Source: Mobula hypostoma (lineage: Eukaryota). From it: a stretch of 64,000 nt of DNA. Every line of letters starts with the position of its first letter. Position 1 is the first letter of the stretch. This document shows positions 1 to 10,800 of the stretch, one piece after another. The notes below the pieces were generated by a model that saw only the letters and a list, made by a program, of their open reading frames with translations, ran no database searches and had not been told where the DNA came from. A program made the position numbers and the translations under genes. Location of the stretch: positions 161,078,001-161,142,000 of the forward strand of contig NC_086097.1 in the NCBI RefSeq assembly GCF_963921235.1, read 5' to 3'.

Positions 1-2202
1 GGTAAGAGATGGAATTACATCTTTGGAAAGAGGTGACATAGGGTCAGAGGATGTTGAATCTTTGTGGGAGGAGTTAAGAAATTGCAAGGGTACAAAAAAC
101 ATTATGGGAATCATATATAGGCCTCCAATTCGTAGCCAAGGTGTGGGGTTGAAATTGCAAAGGGAACTGGAAAAGGCATGTAATAAGGGTATTGTCACAA
201 TTGTATTGAGGGACTTCAATATGCAAGAGGATTAGGAAAATCAGGTTGGTGTCGGATCGCAAGAGACGGAATTTGTTGAATGCCTATGAGAATTTTAGAG
301 CAGCCCGCTTGAGCCTACTCGGGGAAAGGCTATTTTAGACTAACTTGTGTAATAACCTAGATCTTATTATGGAGCTTAATGTAAAGGAACCCTTAGGAGG
401 CAGTGATCATGATATGAACTAAATTTATGCAGCAATTTGAGAAGGAGAAGCATAAGACGTATGTATCAGTATCACAATGGTATAAAGGGAAATACAAAGG
501 CATGAGAGAGGAGCTTGCCCAGGTGGATTGGAAGAGGATATTGGAGGGGAACATGGCAGAGCAGAGATGGCTGAAGTTTCTGGAAATAGTTCACAAGTGC
601 AAGATAGGTAAGTCCCACAGAAGTAGTTCTCAAATGGCAGAGCTAGGCAACCGTGGCTGACAAGAGAAGTTAAGGACTGCATAAAAGCCACAGAAAAGGG
701 TATATAAGGTAACAAAAGTGAGTGGGAAGTTGTCACAATTTGGAATGTCTTAAATTCCAACAGAAGGCAACTAAAACAGCTATAAGAGGGAAAAGATGAA
801 ATATGAGGGCAAACTAGCCAATAATATAAAGCAAGAGATTATAAGATTTTTCAGTTAAATAAAGAGTAAAAGGCAGGTGAGAGTTGATATTGGACCACCG
901 GAAAAGGATGCTGGTGAGATAGTAATGGGGGACAAAGAAATGACGGATGAATTTAACTGAGTACTTTGCATCAGACTTCACTGTGGAAGACACTAGCAGT
1001 GTGCTAAAGGTCCATGAGTGTCTGGGAGCAGAAGTGAGTGCCATTGCTATTGCAAAGGAAAAAATGCAAGGCAAACTCAAAGCTCACCTGGACCAGATGA
1101 ACTACTTCTCCAAGTCCTGAGAAAGGTTTCTGAGGAGATAACAGATGCATTGGGCATGATCTTTCAAGAATCACTTGATTCTGACATGGTCCCAGAGGAC
1201 TGGAAGATTGCAAATGTCATTCCACACTTTAAGAAGGGAGGAAGGCAAAAGGACGGAAATTATAGGCCAGTTAGCTTCACCTCAGTGGTTGTGAAAGTGT
1301 TGGAGTGTATTATTAAAGGTACTTGGAGACTTATGATAAAACAAATCAAAGTCAGCATGGTTTCTGTAAAGGAAAATCTTGCCTGATGAATCTGGTAGAG
1401 TTCTTCGAGGAATTAACAAGCATGGTGGACAAAGGGGAGGCAGTGGATGTCATTTACTTGGATTTTCAGAAGGTATTTGATAAAGTGCCACACGTAAGGC
1501 TGCTTAACAAGATAAAATCCTATGGCATTACAGGAAAGATACTGGCATGGATAACAGGATGGCTGACAGGCAGGAGGCAGTGAGTGGGAATAAAAGGGAC
1601 CTTTTCTGGTTGGCTGCTGGTGACTTGTGGTGTTTCTCAGGGATCAGTGTTGGCACCACTACTTTTCACATTGATTGTCAGTGATTTGGACAATGGAATT
1701 GATGGCTTTGTGGCAAAGTTTGCAGATGATACGAAGATAGGTGGAGGAGTAGGTAGTGCTGAGGAAGCAAAGCGATTGCGGCAGGACTTAGACAAATTGG
1801 AAGAATGGGCAAAAAATTGGCAGATGGAATACAGAGTTGGGAAATGTATGACAATGCATTTTGGTAAAAGTAACAATAGTGCAGATTTCTCTAAATGGGG
1901 AGAAGGTTCAAACATCAGAGGTGCAGAGGGATTTAGGAATCCTCGTGTAAAACTCCCAGAAGGTTAATTTACAGGTTGAGTCTGTGATAAAGAAAGCAAG
2001 TGAAATGTTGGTATTTATTTCAATGGGAACAAAATATAAAAGCAAGGAGATAATGTTGAGGCTTTATAAGACAGTAGTCAGGCTGCACTTGGAGTATTAT
2101 CAACAGTTTTGGGCCCCATATCTCAGAAAGGATGTACTGTCATCAGAGAGAGTACAGAGGAGGTTCACAACAATGATTCCAGAAATGAAGGGATTAACAT
2201 AT
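1..2202 (+). mobile_element. CR1 LINE ORF2 (APE endonuclease + RT), decayed; 5' part of an element interrupted twice
   Basis: Fragmented ORFs carry CR1 motifs: IYRPP, DFN, NYRPVS, QHGFCKGKSCL, YLDFQKVFDKVPH, SQGSVLAPLLF, KFADDTK, HLEYYQQFWAP. Many frameshifts. Confidence 0.95.
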
Positions 2203-2384
2203 TGTTGTGTTCTTTATACATACCATGGGTTACTCATAAAGACACATATTCTGGAAGAATTAAAACTGGAACTTTTATTTAACAGCAAACAGCAACCATG
2301 TCTTCTAACATACAAGCTTCTCGATCATTCTGTGAGTTCTGCATATGCTCCGAACTCTGTCACATGACACATTATATCACCACA
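2203..2384 (-). repeat. 3' LTR (about 182 bp)
   Basis: TGTTG...CACA ends. About 15 substitutions plus one 2-bp indel versus the other LTR by hand count, mostly transitions and many at CpG sites. AATAAA on the minus strand. Adjacent polypurine tract (plus-strand TCTTCCTTTCCTT at 2385-2397). Confidence 0.93.
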
Positions 2385-2453
2385 TCTTCCTTTCCTTAAA
2401 AAGAAAAACAATTAGTAACATTAATCGAAACAAATACATAATTTAACGTGTCT

Positions 2454-3356
2454 CTATAAGTCTCTCTGGGGGTTACGAACACAAGTAAACCTTCTAAGTG
2501 GTTCACACAGTTCTTGTGTTTCATTGTTATTTTCATGTTTTGTCTGGTCTGCATCAGTTAACTGAAACTCCGAAGTTGGTTCTTTCTTGAGGTCTTTGAG
2601 AAGAAATCGCAATTCACTCATTAACTGTGTAATCTCTTTTTTATGTTGAGACTTCATCATTTCAATGAAACTTCTCAATTCCTTCACTTGTACTTTAACT
2701 TCTTCAATTGGATCCTGATTCTTATCACTCTTTGGCTTCAGATCCGTATTGTACTGTACCGGCAAGTTTGGTAACAAAGGGATGGGTCTGGGATCTTTCT
2801 TTATGACTTCTTTTACTTTTGCCACGTTAGAATCAGATTCTGTTCTCTCTTGCTCTTTCATTAAGTCTGTGTCACTGTCCAGGACTAATACTCTTTTTAC
2901 CAAATTCAGTCTCTCACAGGCAGATAAACTCAGTATTGACTGTACATCTTTTGGCACAACCACAAATGAAAGCATGTGCACACTATTTTTGTGTGATACT
3001 TTCGCCACACATGTTCCTTTAACTGGAATGTCTGCACCTGAATACCCAGTCATTTTTATATTTGTCTGATGTAACTTTGGTCTTGGCTTTAATGCATTAA
3101 ACTCAGATTCTGCAAGAACATTTACTTGTGCTCCAGTATCCAATTTAAACAGAATAATGTTTTGGTTCACTTGCAATGGCATAGTGAAGTCGTTCTTACT
3201 TTGTTTGTTTTCACAATGCACATCTATGTAAAACTCCTCATGTTCATTTTCAAGCACTGCATTTACATGTTTTATTTCCTTTCTACTTCTGCAACAGTAT
3301 GAAAAATGATTAATCCTACCACAGTTGGTGCACATTTTCCAATATGCTGGACACAT
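2454..3356 (-). CDS. Zinc knuckle + aspartic protease fused in frame to pol remnants and a CIN85-like coiled-coil segment
   Basis: CX2CX4HX4C knuckle (CTNCGRINHFSYCC) and protease motif FKLDTGAQVNVL. No RT YxDD or integrase DDE motifs. Ends with a pol-tail-like PLRRFTCVRNPQRDL. Confidence 0.85.
   Translation of the reverse strand: MCPAYWKMCTNCGRINHFSYCCRSRKEIKHVNAVLENEHEEFYIDVHCENKQSKNDFTMPLQVNQNIILFKLDTGAQVNVLAESEFNALKPRPKLHQTNIKMTGYSGADIPVKGTCVAKVSHKNSVHMLSFVVVPKDVQSILSLSACERLNLVKRVLVLDSDTDLMKEQERTESDSNVAKVKEVIKKDPRPIPLLPNLPVQYNTDLKPKSDKNQDPIEEVKVQVKELRSFIEMMKSQHKKEITQLMSELRFLLKDLKKEPTSEFQLTDADQTKHENNNETQELCEPLRRFTCVRNPQRDL
2610..2795 (-). pseudogene. SH3KBP1: Captured host gene fragment resembling the SH3KBP1/CIN85 C-terminal coiled coil
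   Basis: EEVKVQVKELRSFIEMMKSQHKKEITQLMSEL matches recalled human CIN85 [32 protein letters not shown] at 21/32 positions. Upstream TDLKPKSD resembles TEGKPKME. Comparison is from memory, not a search. Confidence 0.72.
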
Positions 3357-3430
3357 TTTAGGTCAGTACAATCTAATGTTTTTTTCTTTCAAACGACATC
3401 TTGCTCTCTGTTGGTTTCGTAGTCGCTTCA

Positions 3431-4021
3431 TTATTTTTTTCTAACATGTTCACAGTTATTCACAGCGTGCACGCTGCAGTTCTCAATAAGAAGCTCTTTA
3501 GCCTGCGACGTTACAGTTTCCAAAGCCTTGTAGAGAATCAAAGCTTTTTCCAAATTTACGTCTGGTTCTCTTAAGAGTCTTTCTCTCAGAGCATTATCCA
3601 GAATGCCGCAAACAATTCTGTCTTTAATGAGAGAGTCCATCAGCTCTGCAAACTCACATGTTTTACTGTGGTTTCTCAATTCCATAACAAGTTGATCAAT
3701 TGTTTGACCAGCTCTCTGCTTGCATGTAAAGAAGTTATACCGTTCACACGTCATATTGCGCTTCAGTATGCAAAATGACTCAAATTTGTCGATTATTGCT
3801 TTTAGATTCAAATTATCTCCATCTTCAAAAGTAAAATAGTTATATACCTCAATTGCATCATCCCCAATCACGTGGAGTAGAATTGCAGCTTTTGTTTTTT
3901 CCATTTTATTATCTGCTCTGATTGCTGATAAATAAATTTCAAAATGTTGTTTAAATCTTTTCCAGTTTTCAGCTACATTTCCAGTCAGCTGAAGCATTGA
4001 TGGGGGTTGCAAAACTTCCAT
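3431..4021 (-). CDS. gag: Gypsy Gag (capsid-like region)
   Basis: MEVLQPPSMLQLTGNVAENWKRFKQHFEIYL...KAAILLHVIGDDAIEVY...ERYNFFTCKQRAGQTIDQ...LIKDRIVCGILDNALRERLLRE is a typical Gypsy Gag sequence. Confidence 0.85.
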   Translation of the reverse strand: MEVLQPPSMLQLTGNVAENWKRFKQHFEIYLSAIRADNKMEKTKAAILLHVIGDDAIEVYNYFTFEDGDNLNLKAIIDKFESFCILKRNMTCERYNFFTCKQRAGQTIDQLVMELRNHSKTCEFAELMDSLIKDRIVCGILDNALRERLLREPDVNLEKALILYKALETVTSQAKELLIENCSVHAVNNCEHVRKK

Positions 4022-4116
4022 TTTTAAAGCTGTTAGCAAACAACAAAAACATTTGTGCTCTTTTTTTCCCGATTATCTTTGCTTCTCCCATGTTAGCAAA
4101 ATGAATTATTCTTCCA

Positions 4117-4134
4117 GACCGACTTTTGACACCA
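4117..4134 (-). promoter_or_regulatory. Primer binding site, probably tRNA-Leu type
   Basis: Minus strand reads TGGTGTCAAAAGTCGG immediately inside the 5' LTR. It resembles the TGGTGTCAGAAGT tRNA-Leu PBS common in Gypsy elements. Confidence 0.75.
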
Positions 4135-4314
4135 TGTTGTGTTCTTTATACGTACCGTGGGTTATTCATAAAGACACACGTTCTGGAAGAATTAAAACTG
4201 GAACTTTTATTTAACAGCAATCAGCAACCACGTCTTAACATACAAGCTTCTCAATCATTCTGTCAGTTCTGCACATGCTCCAAACTCTGTCATGTGACAC
4301 ATGATATCACCATA
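4135..4314 (-). repeat. 5' LTR (about 180 bp)
   Basis: Near-identical direct copy of 2203-2384, followed on the minus strand by the PBS. Confidence 0.93.
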
Positions 4315-4399
4315 CATATGAGGAGCATTTGGCAGCTTTGGGCCTGTACTCACTGGAATTTAGAAAAATGTAGGGGGATCTCATTGAAACCTACTGAAT
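4315..4399 (+). mobile_element. Continuation of the CR1 at 1-2202
   Basis: Resumes with YEEHLAALGLYSLEFRK directly after the TSD. Confidence 0.9.
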
Positions 4400-6152
4400 A
4401 GAAACATAGAAAACATACAGCACAATACAGGCCCTTCGGCCCACAAAGCTGTGTTGAACATGTCTCTACCTACCTAGGCTTTACCCATAGCCCTCTATTT
4501 TTCTAAGCTCCAGGTAGCCATCCAGGAGTCTCTTAAAAGACCCTATTGTTTCAACCTCCACTCCACGCACTCACCACTCTCTGTGGAAAAAACTTAACCG
4601 ACATCTCCCCTGTACCTACTTCCAAGCACCTTAAAACTATGCCCTTTTGTGCTAGCCATTTCAGCCCTGGGGAAAAGCCTCTGACTATCCACATGATTAA
4701 TGCCTCTCATTACACCTCTATCAAGTCACCTCTCATCCTTCGTTGCTCTGAGGAGAAAAGGCCAAGTTCACTCAACCTATTCTCAGAAGGCATGCTCCCC
4801 AATCCAGGCAACATCCTTGCAAATCTCCTCTGCACCCTTTCTATGGTTTCCACATCCTTTCTGTAGTGAGGCGACCAGTAGTGAGCACAGTACTCCAAGA
4901 GGGGTCTGACCAGGGTCCTATATAGCTGCAACATTACCTCTCGGCTCTTAAACTCAATCCCATGATTGATGGAATGCACCGTATGCCTTCTTAACCACAG
5001 AGTCAACCTGCACAGCAGCTTTGAGTGTCCTACACTCGGACCCCAAGATCCCTCTGATCACACTGCCAAGAGTCTTACCATTAATACTGTATTCTGCCAT
5101 CATATTTGACCTACCAAAATGAACCACTTCACACTTATCTGGGTTGAATTCCATCTGCCACTTCTCAGCCCAATTTTGCATCTAATCAATGTCCCGCTGT
5201 AACCTCTGACAGCCCTCCACACTATTCACAACACACCCAACCTTTGTGTCATCAGCAATTTTACTAACCCATCCCTCCACTTCCTCATCCAGGTCATTTA
5301 TAAAAATCACAAAGAGTAGGGGTCCCGGAACAGATGCCTGAGGCACACCACTGGTCACCGGCCTCCATGCAGGATATGAACCGTCTACAACCACTCTTTG
5401 CCTTCTGTGGGCAAGCCAGTTCTGAATCCACAAAGCAATGTTCCCTTGGATCCAATGCCTCTTTACTTTCTCAATAAGCCTTGCATGGGTTACCTTATCA
5501 AATGCTTTGCTAAAATCCATATACACTACATCTATGGCGCTACCTTCATCAATCTGCTTAGTCACATCCTCAAAAAATTCAATCAGGCTCGTAAGGTATG
5601 ACCTGCCTTTGGCAAAGCCATGCTAACTATTCCTAATCATATTATATCTCTCCAAATGTTCATAAATCCTGCCTCTCAGGATCTTCTCCATCAACTTACC
5701 AACCACTGAAGTAAGACTCACTGGCCTATAATTTGCTGGGCTATCCCTACTCCCTTTCTTGAATAAGGGAACAACATTCGCAACCCTCCAATTCTTCCCG
5801 AACCTCTCTCGTCCTCATTGATGATGCAAAGATCATTGCCAGAGGCTCAACAATCTCCTCCCTCACTTCCCACCGTAGCCTGCGGTACATCCCGTCCAGT
5901 CCCAGTGATTTATCCAACTTGATGCTTTCCAAAAGCTCCAGAACATCCTCTTTCTTAATATCTACATTCTCAAGCTTTTCAGTCCACTGCAAGTCATCCC
6001 TGCAATTGCCAAGATCCTTTTCCATAGTGAATACTGAAGCGAAGTATTCATTAAGTACCTCCGCTATTTCCTCCGGTTCCATACACACTTTTCCATTGGC
6101 ACACTTGATTGGTCCTATTCTCTCACATCTTATCCTCTTGCTCTTCACATAC
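4400..6152 (-). mobile_element. 5'-truncated CR1 LINE nested antisense in the first CR1
   Basis: (AGAAACAT)-type tail at about 4400. RT motifs on the minus strand: YMDFSKAFDKV, GVPQASVPGPLLF, KIADDTK. GAAT is present on both sides (4396-4399 and 6153-6156). Confidence 0.92.
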
Positions 6153-6468
6153 GAATGTTGAAAGTTTGTTTCCTATGATGGGGGTATCCAGAACTAGAGG
6201 ACACAGCCCCAAAATTGAGGGGCGACCATTTAGAATAGAGGTGGGGAGGGATTTTTTTTAGCCCAAGTGTAGTGAATCTGTGGAATGCTCTGCCGCAGAC
6301 TGCAGAGAAGGCCAAGTCCATTGGTATTTTTAAGGCAAAAGTTGATAGTTTCCTGATCGGTCAGGTCATCAAAGGATATGGCGAGAAGGCAAATGTATGG
6401 GGTGAGTGGGATCTGGATCAGCAATGGGCTGAATGGCCTAATTCTGCTCCTATGTCTTATAGTTTTAT
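6153..6468 (+). mobile_element. 3' end of the first CR1
   Basis: Reads ...VVNLWNALP... followed by a CR1 3'UTR (gaatggcctaattctgctcctatgtcttat). Confidence 0.88.
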
Positions 6469-7262
6469 AATGACAGCCAATGCATGCAAAAAATATAATT
6501 TAAGCATTTTAACATCAAATTATATAACTATTTTAAAGTGGTTGTCTGACAGTGCTGAAAGGTGTGTGGAAAACAAATATTATTCAGCTTGTTAATATCT
6601 ATAACTACTTAATGTGCATCTTCTGGTAATTATACAGCACAACAGGCACATCTGGAGAAAGTAAGAATATCTTTGAAACTATTGTTCAGCAGCAATACTT
6701 AAACTTTGAATTGATATTTTTCCTATGTGAATAGGTTCCAGATCCAAAAAATGCTCCAAAGAATAAAATATATAAATATAATGCATATTTTTTGCATTAG
6801 TTCTTAGTACTATATTGTGGAATTTAAACAAATAATAATGATAGAGCATATGTCAATTAAAACAAAATAAAATGGATGGAATCTCTGCCACTTATTGTAG
6901 TTAATAGTAACAAATTAGTACTATTTAGTAGCTTATATTATACAATATACATTTTAATAATAAGCAATATAGTTCCTCAATTTATTTTATTATGGGGCAC
7001 AAAGAAATGACAAAGCAAATACACTGATATTTTGTTTCTGATTTTACAGAAGAGGACATACATAACTTCCCAGAAGAGCTGATTCTAACAAAATGAAGGA
7101 ATTAAATTGACACTAGTGAAAAATAAAAGGTTGGAGAATTTTTTTATTCTGAAACCTTTAAATCCCTAGGACCCAAAAATCTGTATCCCAGCATGCTAAA
7201 AGAGGGAGCCAAGAAAATGTATATATTGAAAATCATTTTCCAAAGATCTATAGATTTCACCA

Positions 7263-7394
7263 ACAGGAGAGAATCTGAGAAGATGGAAATCAAAGCAACA
7301 TACACAAAATACTGGATGAAACCAACAGGTCAGGTAGCATCTATTGAAAATAGTAAACAGTCAAAGTTTTGGGTCAAGACCCTTCATCAGGATT
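7263..7394 (-). mobile_element. Penelope-derived terminal fragment with degenerate hammerhead motif
   Basis: Same family as 57855-57995 and 40200-40450. Minus strand reads CTGATGA-AGGGTCTTGACCC-AAAA. Confidence 0.65.
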
Positions 7395-7619
7395 ATAGAC
7401 TTCTATGGTCTTGCGTCGATTTCGAAACAGTTACCGCAGATCAGAGGGATGTAGGTTTCACCACACTATCTAAGAAGGAGGTGGAGGTGAGCAAGAAATA
7501 AAATAAGAAACTTTGGATAGGTTAGTCTAATATCAGGTGCAGGAAAATTCTTGACTCCATTGAAAAGGAACTGATAACATTAATAGAATTAAGTACCTGT
7601 ATTAATTTCGTAAGTGATT

Positions 7620-10600
7620 GGCAAAAACAAATTAAAGTAAGTCAGGGGCAAGCAAAGTGGCTACCATTGGAGTGGGGATTTTGAGGTTTTAGCTCTTCGA
7701 GGATTCAGTGAGGTGAGGCTTCAGTGAGAAAGCTGTAAGTAGAATTTTTTCCCCACTGGTGTTTTTCCTTCTCCATATTTGCTCAGTTAGAACAATAGGG
7801 ATGCCAGACAGGGATAGTTAAATGCTCCTTTTGCAGGATGTGGGAAGGCAGTGCCTCTGACGACTTCACTTATGAGAAGAACATCCAGTTGTATGTTATA
7901 ACACTCCACATTAAGGAGTTGCAGCTGGAACTCAATTATTTGGGAGGCTGAGGAGGTAAATAGGACACATGGAGAGGTAATTACACCCAAGGTACAAGGA
8001 TACAGGAAGCTGGATGACAGTCAGAAAGGGGAAAGTGGTAAGGAGGCAGTGCAGAGTACCCTTGTGGCTATCCCCCTCAACAACAGGTATACCACTTTGG
8101 ATACTGTTGGGAGGGGATGACTAGCAAAGGACAGTCACAGTGGTCAGGTCTCTGGCACTGAGTCTGGCTCTGTGACTCAGAAGGGAAGGGGTAAGAAGAG
8201 ACAAGCTGTGGTGATTAGGCATTATTTAGCTGGGGAACAGAAAGGAGGTTCTGTGGACAAGAACAACATTCCTGGATAGTACATTGCTTCCCAGGTGCCA
8301 GGGTCTGGGACATCTCAGATTGAGTCCTTAGCATGTAGGTACGAATGACATAGGTAGGAAGAGTGACAAAGTTCTGCAAAGTGAGTTCAGGCAGTTAGGT
8401 GCTAAGTTAAAGGATAGGTCCTCCAGGGTTGTGACCTCAGGATTGCTACCCGTGACATGTGCTGATGAGGCCAGAAGTAAGAAGATTATACAGTTTAATA
8501 CGTGGCTAAGGAATTGGTGTAGGAGGGAGGGCTTCAGATTTTTGGATCATTGGGCTCTCTTTCAGGGAAAGTGAGATATGTACAGAAGAAACAGTTTGCA
8601 CCTGATCTGGAAGGGGACTAATATCTTAGTGGGAAGGTTTGCTAGTGCTGCACAGCGGGGTTTAAACCAGAGTTGCGGGAGGATGCGAACAACAGTTACA
8701 GAACAGATAGTGGAGAGGTTGTGAAGACAGATCTTGTTAAGATCACAGACAAATTCAGGAATCAAAAGGTTGAGCATAATGCAACTAATGTCCTGATGCA
8801 AGAAGTATCGTAGGAAAGGCAGATGAGCTCAGAGCATGGACCAACACCTGGAATTAAGATATTGCAGCCATTAGTGATACTCAGTTGCACAAGGGGCAGG
8901 ACTGGCAGCTCCATGTTCCGGGGTTCTGTTATTTTATGTGCATCCAGTTTAAGATGGTGCTATCAAAGGCACGACTGGTAGTTCCAAAGCAAGGAAATTC
9001 GACTAAAAACATTACTAATAATATATTAGTAACACTTTTTTGAAGTAAATTGTGGTAATCTATCACTGCAAGAGGCAAGTGAAGGCAAAGTGAATTCGAG
9101 AGGAGCCATGCTGGCGCTCTGCAAAATCGATGCAGATGGACTTGGAGTTGGCGATTCAGAGAGGAGAAGTCGAGGCAGAGGAGTTTCAACTAACCCAGAT
9201 GCAAGGTTGGATTGCTCTAAGCGCCAAACTGATTTGGAGAGGTCAAGAACAGCTTCTTTGGCAGCAAAATCCAAGCCCAAAGTGTATCATTGGGTGGTGT
9301 GTTCTAGGCTCATAGTGATTCGCTGCGGCATAGCCCAGGTCCTGATCCACTGTTTAGACCACTTAAGTACCAGCCCAGATAGATATGAGGGGTAGGGTGT
9401 CGGGCCAATTTCACTCACTTTCCCGCAATGTTCACTCCTCTCTCCATGACTCTGAGGCCGTAAGACTCCTCCTGGCTTCTGTACTTAGTGTCTGCAAGCT
9501 TTGCGGTGATTTGCCCTGCTAATATGATAAACTGATACCGAGGCTTTGGGCCTACTCTGCGCTGCTCCGGGGATTTGGATCTAAGAACCCAATTTGGTTT
9601 GGAATGCCTTTGTTGTGACCCGTTTCTAATGTTTGCATGATTGACGTTTTTTTCCCTCTTTCTCTGGTTGGTCTTTATTTTTCGGTTTCTTGCTTTGCAG
9701 CTGCCTATAGCAGACATATCTCAAGGTTGTATACTTTATACATTCTTTGATAATGACTTTGAATCTGAATCTTTAAAAGAGCAGGGAGGATTAAACGAGG
9801 AGGTGTATTGTTATTGGAAAGATTGCAGACGGTTGCAAGAAACATAAGGTTGTTATAGTAGGTGATTTTAACTTTCCACATATCGACTGGGATCCCCATG
9901 CTGTAGAAGGACTAGAAGGGATAGAGTTTTTTTATGTATGTTCAGGAAAATTTTCTTAATCAGTTCATAGAATCCCAAAGAGAGAAGGTACTTGGTCTGA
10001 TATTAGGGAATGAGACGAGGCTGGTGATAGAAATTTGTGTAGGGCCACACTTTGCATCACAATGCCATTAGTTTCAAAGTTAGTATGGAAAAAGACAGGA
10101 CTGGTCTGCAGGTTGAAATTCTAAATTGGAGAAAGGTGAATTTCGCTGATATCTGAAAGTGTGGATGGGACAGGGTGTTTTCTGGCAAAGTTGTACTTGG
10201 TAAGTGGGACATCTCCAAAAGTGAGATTTTGAGTACAAAGCTAGTAAGTGCCTGTCAGAATAAAAGATAAAAATGAGGTGCTTATGGAGTGTAAGAAATG
10301 CAAGAGAACGCTTAAGAAAAAAAATCAGGAGGCCCAAAAGACATGGAGAAGATCTTTTTTTTGGTGTCTGTATTTACTCAGGAGATGAACACGGAGTCAA
10401 TAGAAGTGAGGCATAACAGCATCAGCTTCATGGACTCTATACAGTTTACAGGGGAGGAGGTGTTTGCTGTCTTGAGACAAATTAGGAGGCATAAATCTCC
10501 AGGGCCTGACAAGATGTTCCCATAGACCCTGCAGGAGGTAAGTACAGAAATTACTGGGCATTAGCAGATATTTTTAAATCATCCTTAGCGACAGGTGAAG

Positions 10601-10800
10601 TACCAGAGAATTGGAGGATAGGCAATGTTGCTCTGCTGCTTAAGAAAGGCTCTAAACATAAACAAGGAAATTATAGGCGAGCCTGACATCAGTGGTGGGA
10701 AAATTATTGGAAGGTATTCTAAGAGAATGAATATATGAGCTGATTAGGGATAATCAGCATGGCTTCGTGTTTGGTAGGTCGTGTCTAAGCAATCTTACAG
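7620..10800 (+). mobile_element. Decayed CR1 LINE with ORF1 (Zn finger/esterase) and 5' ORF2, interrupted by an insertion at about 8935-9771
   Basis: ORF1 remnants similar to 26880-27800 (VGTNDIGRK, VVTSGLLPV). Endonuclease GDFNFPHIDW, then KSPGPDK and QHGF; the sequence breaks off at about 10800. Confidence 0.85.
8935..9771 (+). mobile_element. Non-coding non-autonomous retroposon inserted in CR1
   Basis: Starts near AAGATGGTGCTA and ends ggttgtatactttatacattctttgataat...(tgaatc)n. CR1 sequence resumes on both sides. Both ends resemble those of 13655-14560. Confidence 0.6.

Larger units (their letters stand above)
2203..4314 (-). mobile_element. Non-autonomous Ty3/Gypsy-type LTR retrotransposon (gag + protease, pol core deleted)
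   Basis: Direct LTRs at 2203-2384 and 4135-4314. 5-bp TSD CATAT at 2198-2202 and 4315-4319, with the host CR1 resuming after it. PBS and PPT are positioned for minus orientation. Confidence 0.95.

Noticed and set aside
2749..3069. 106-aa plus-strand ORF inside the LTR element, and similar shadow ORFs elsewhere
   Set aside because: Antisense shadow of the protease frame with no independent evidence.
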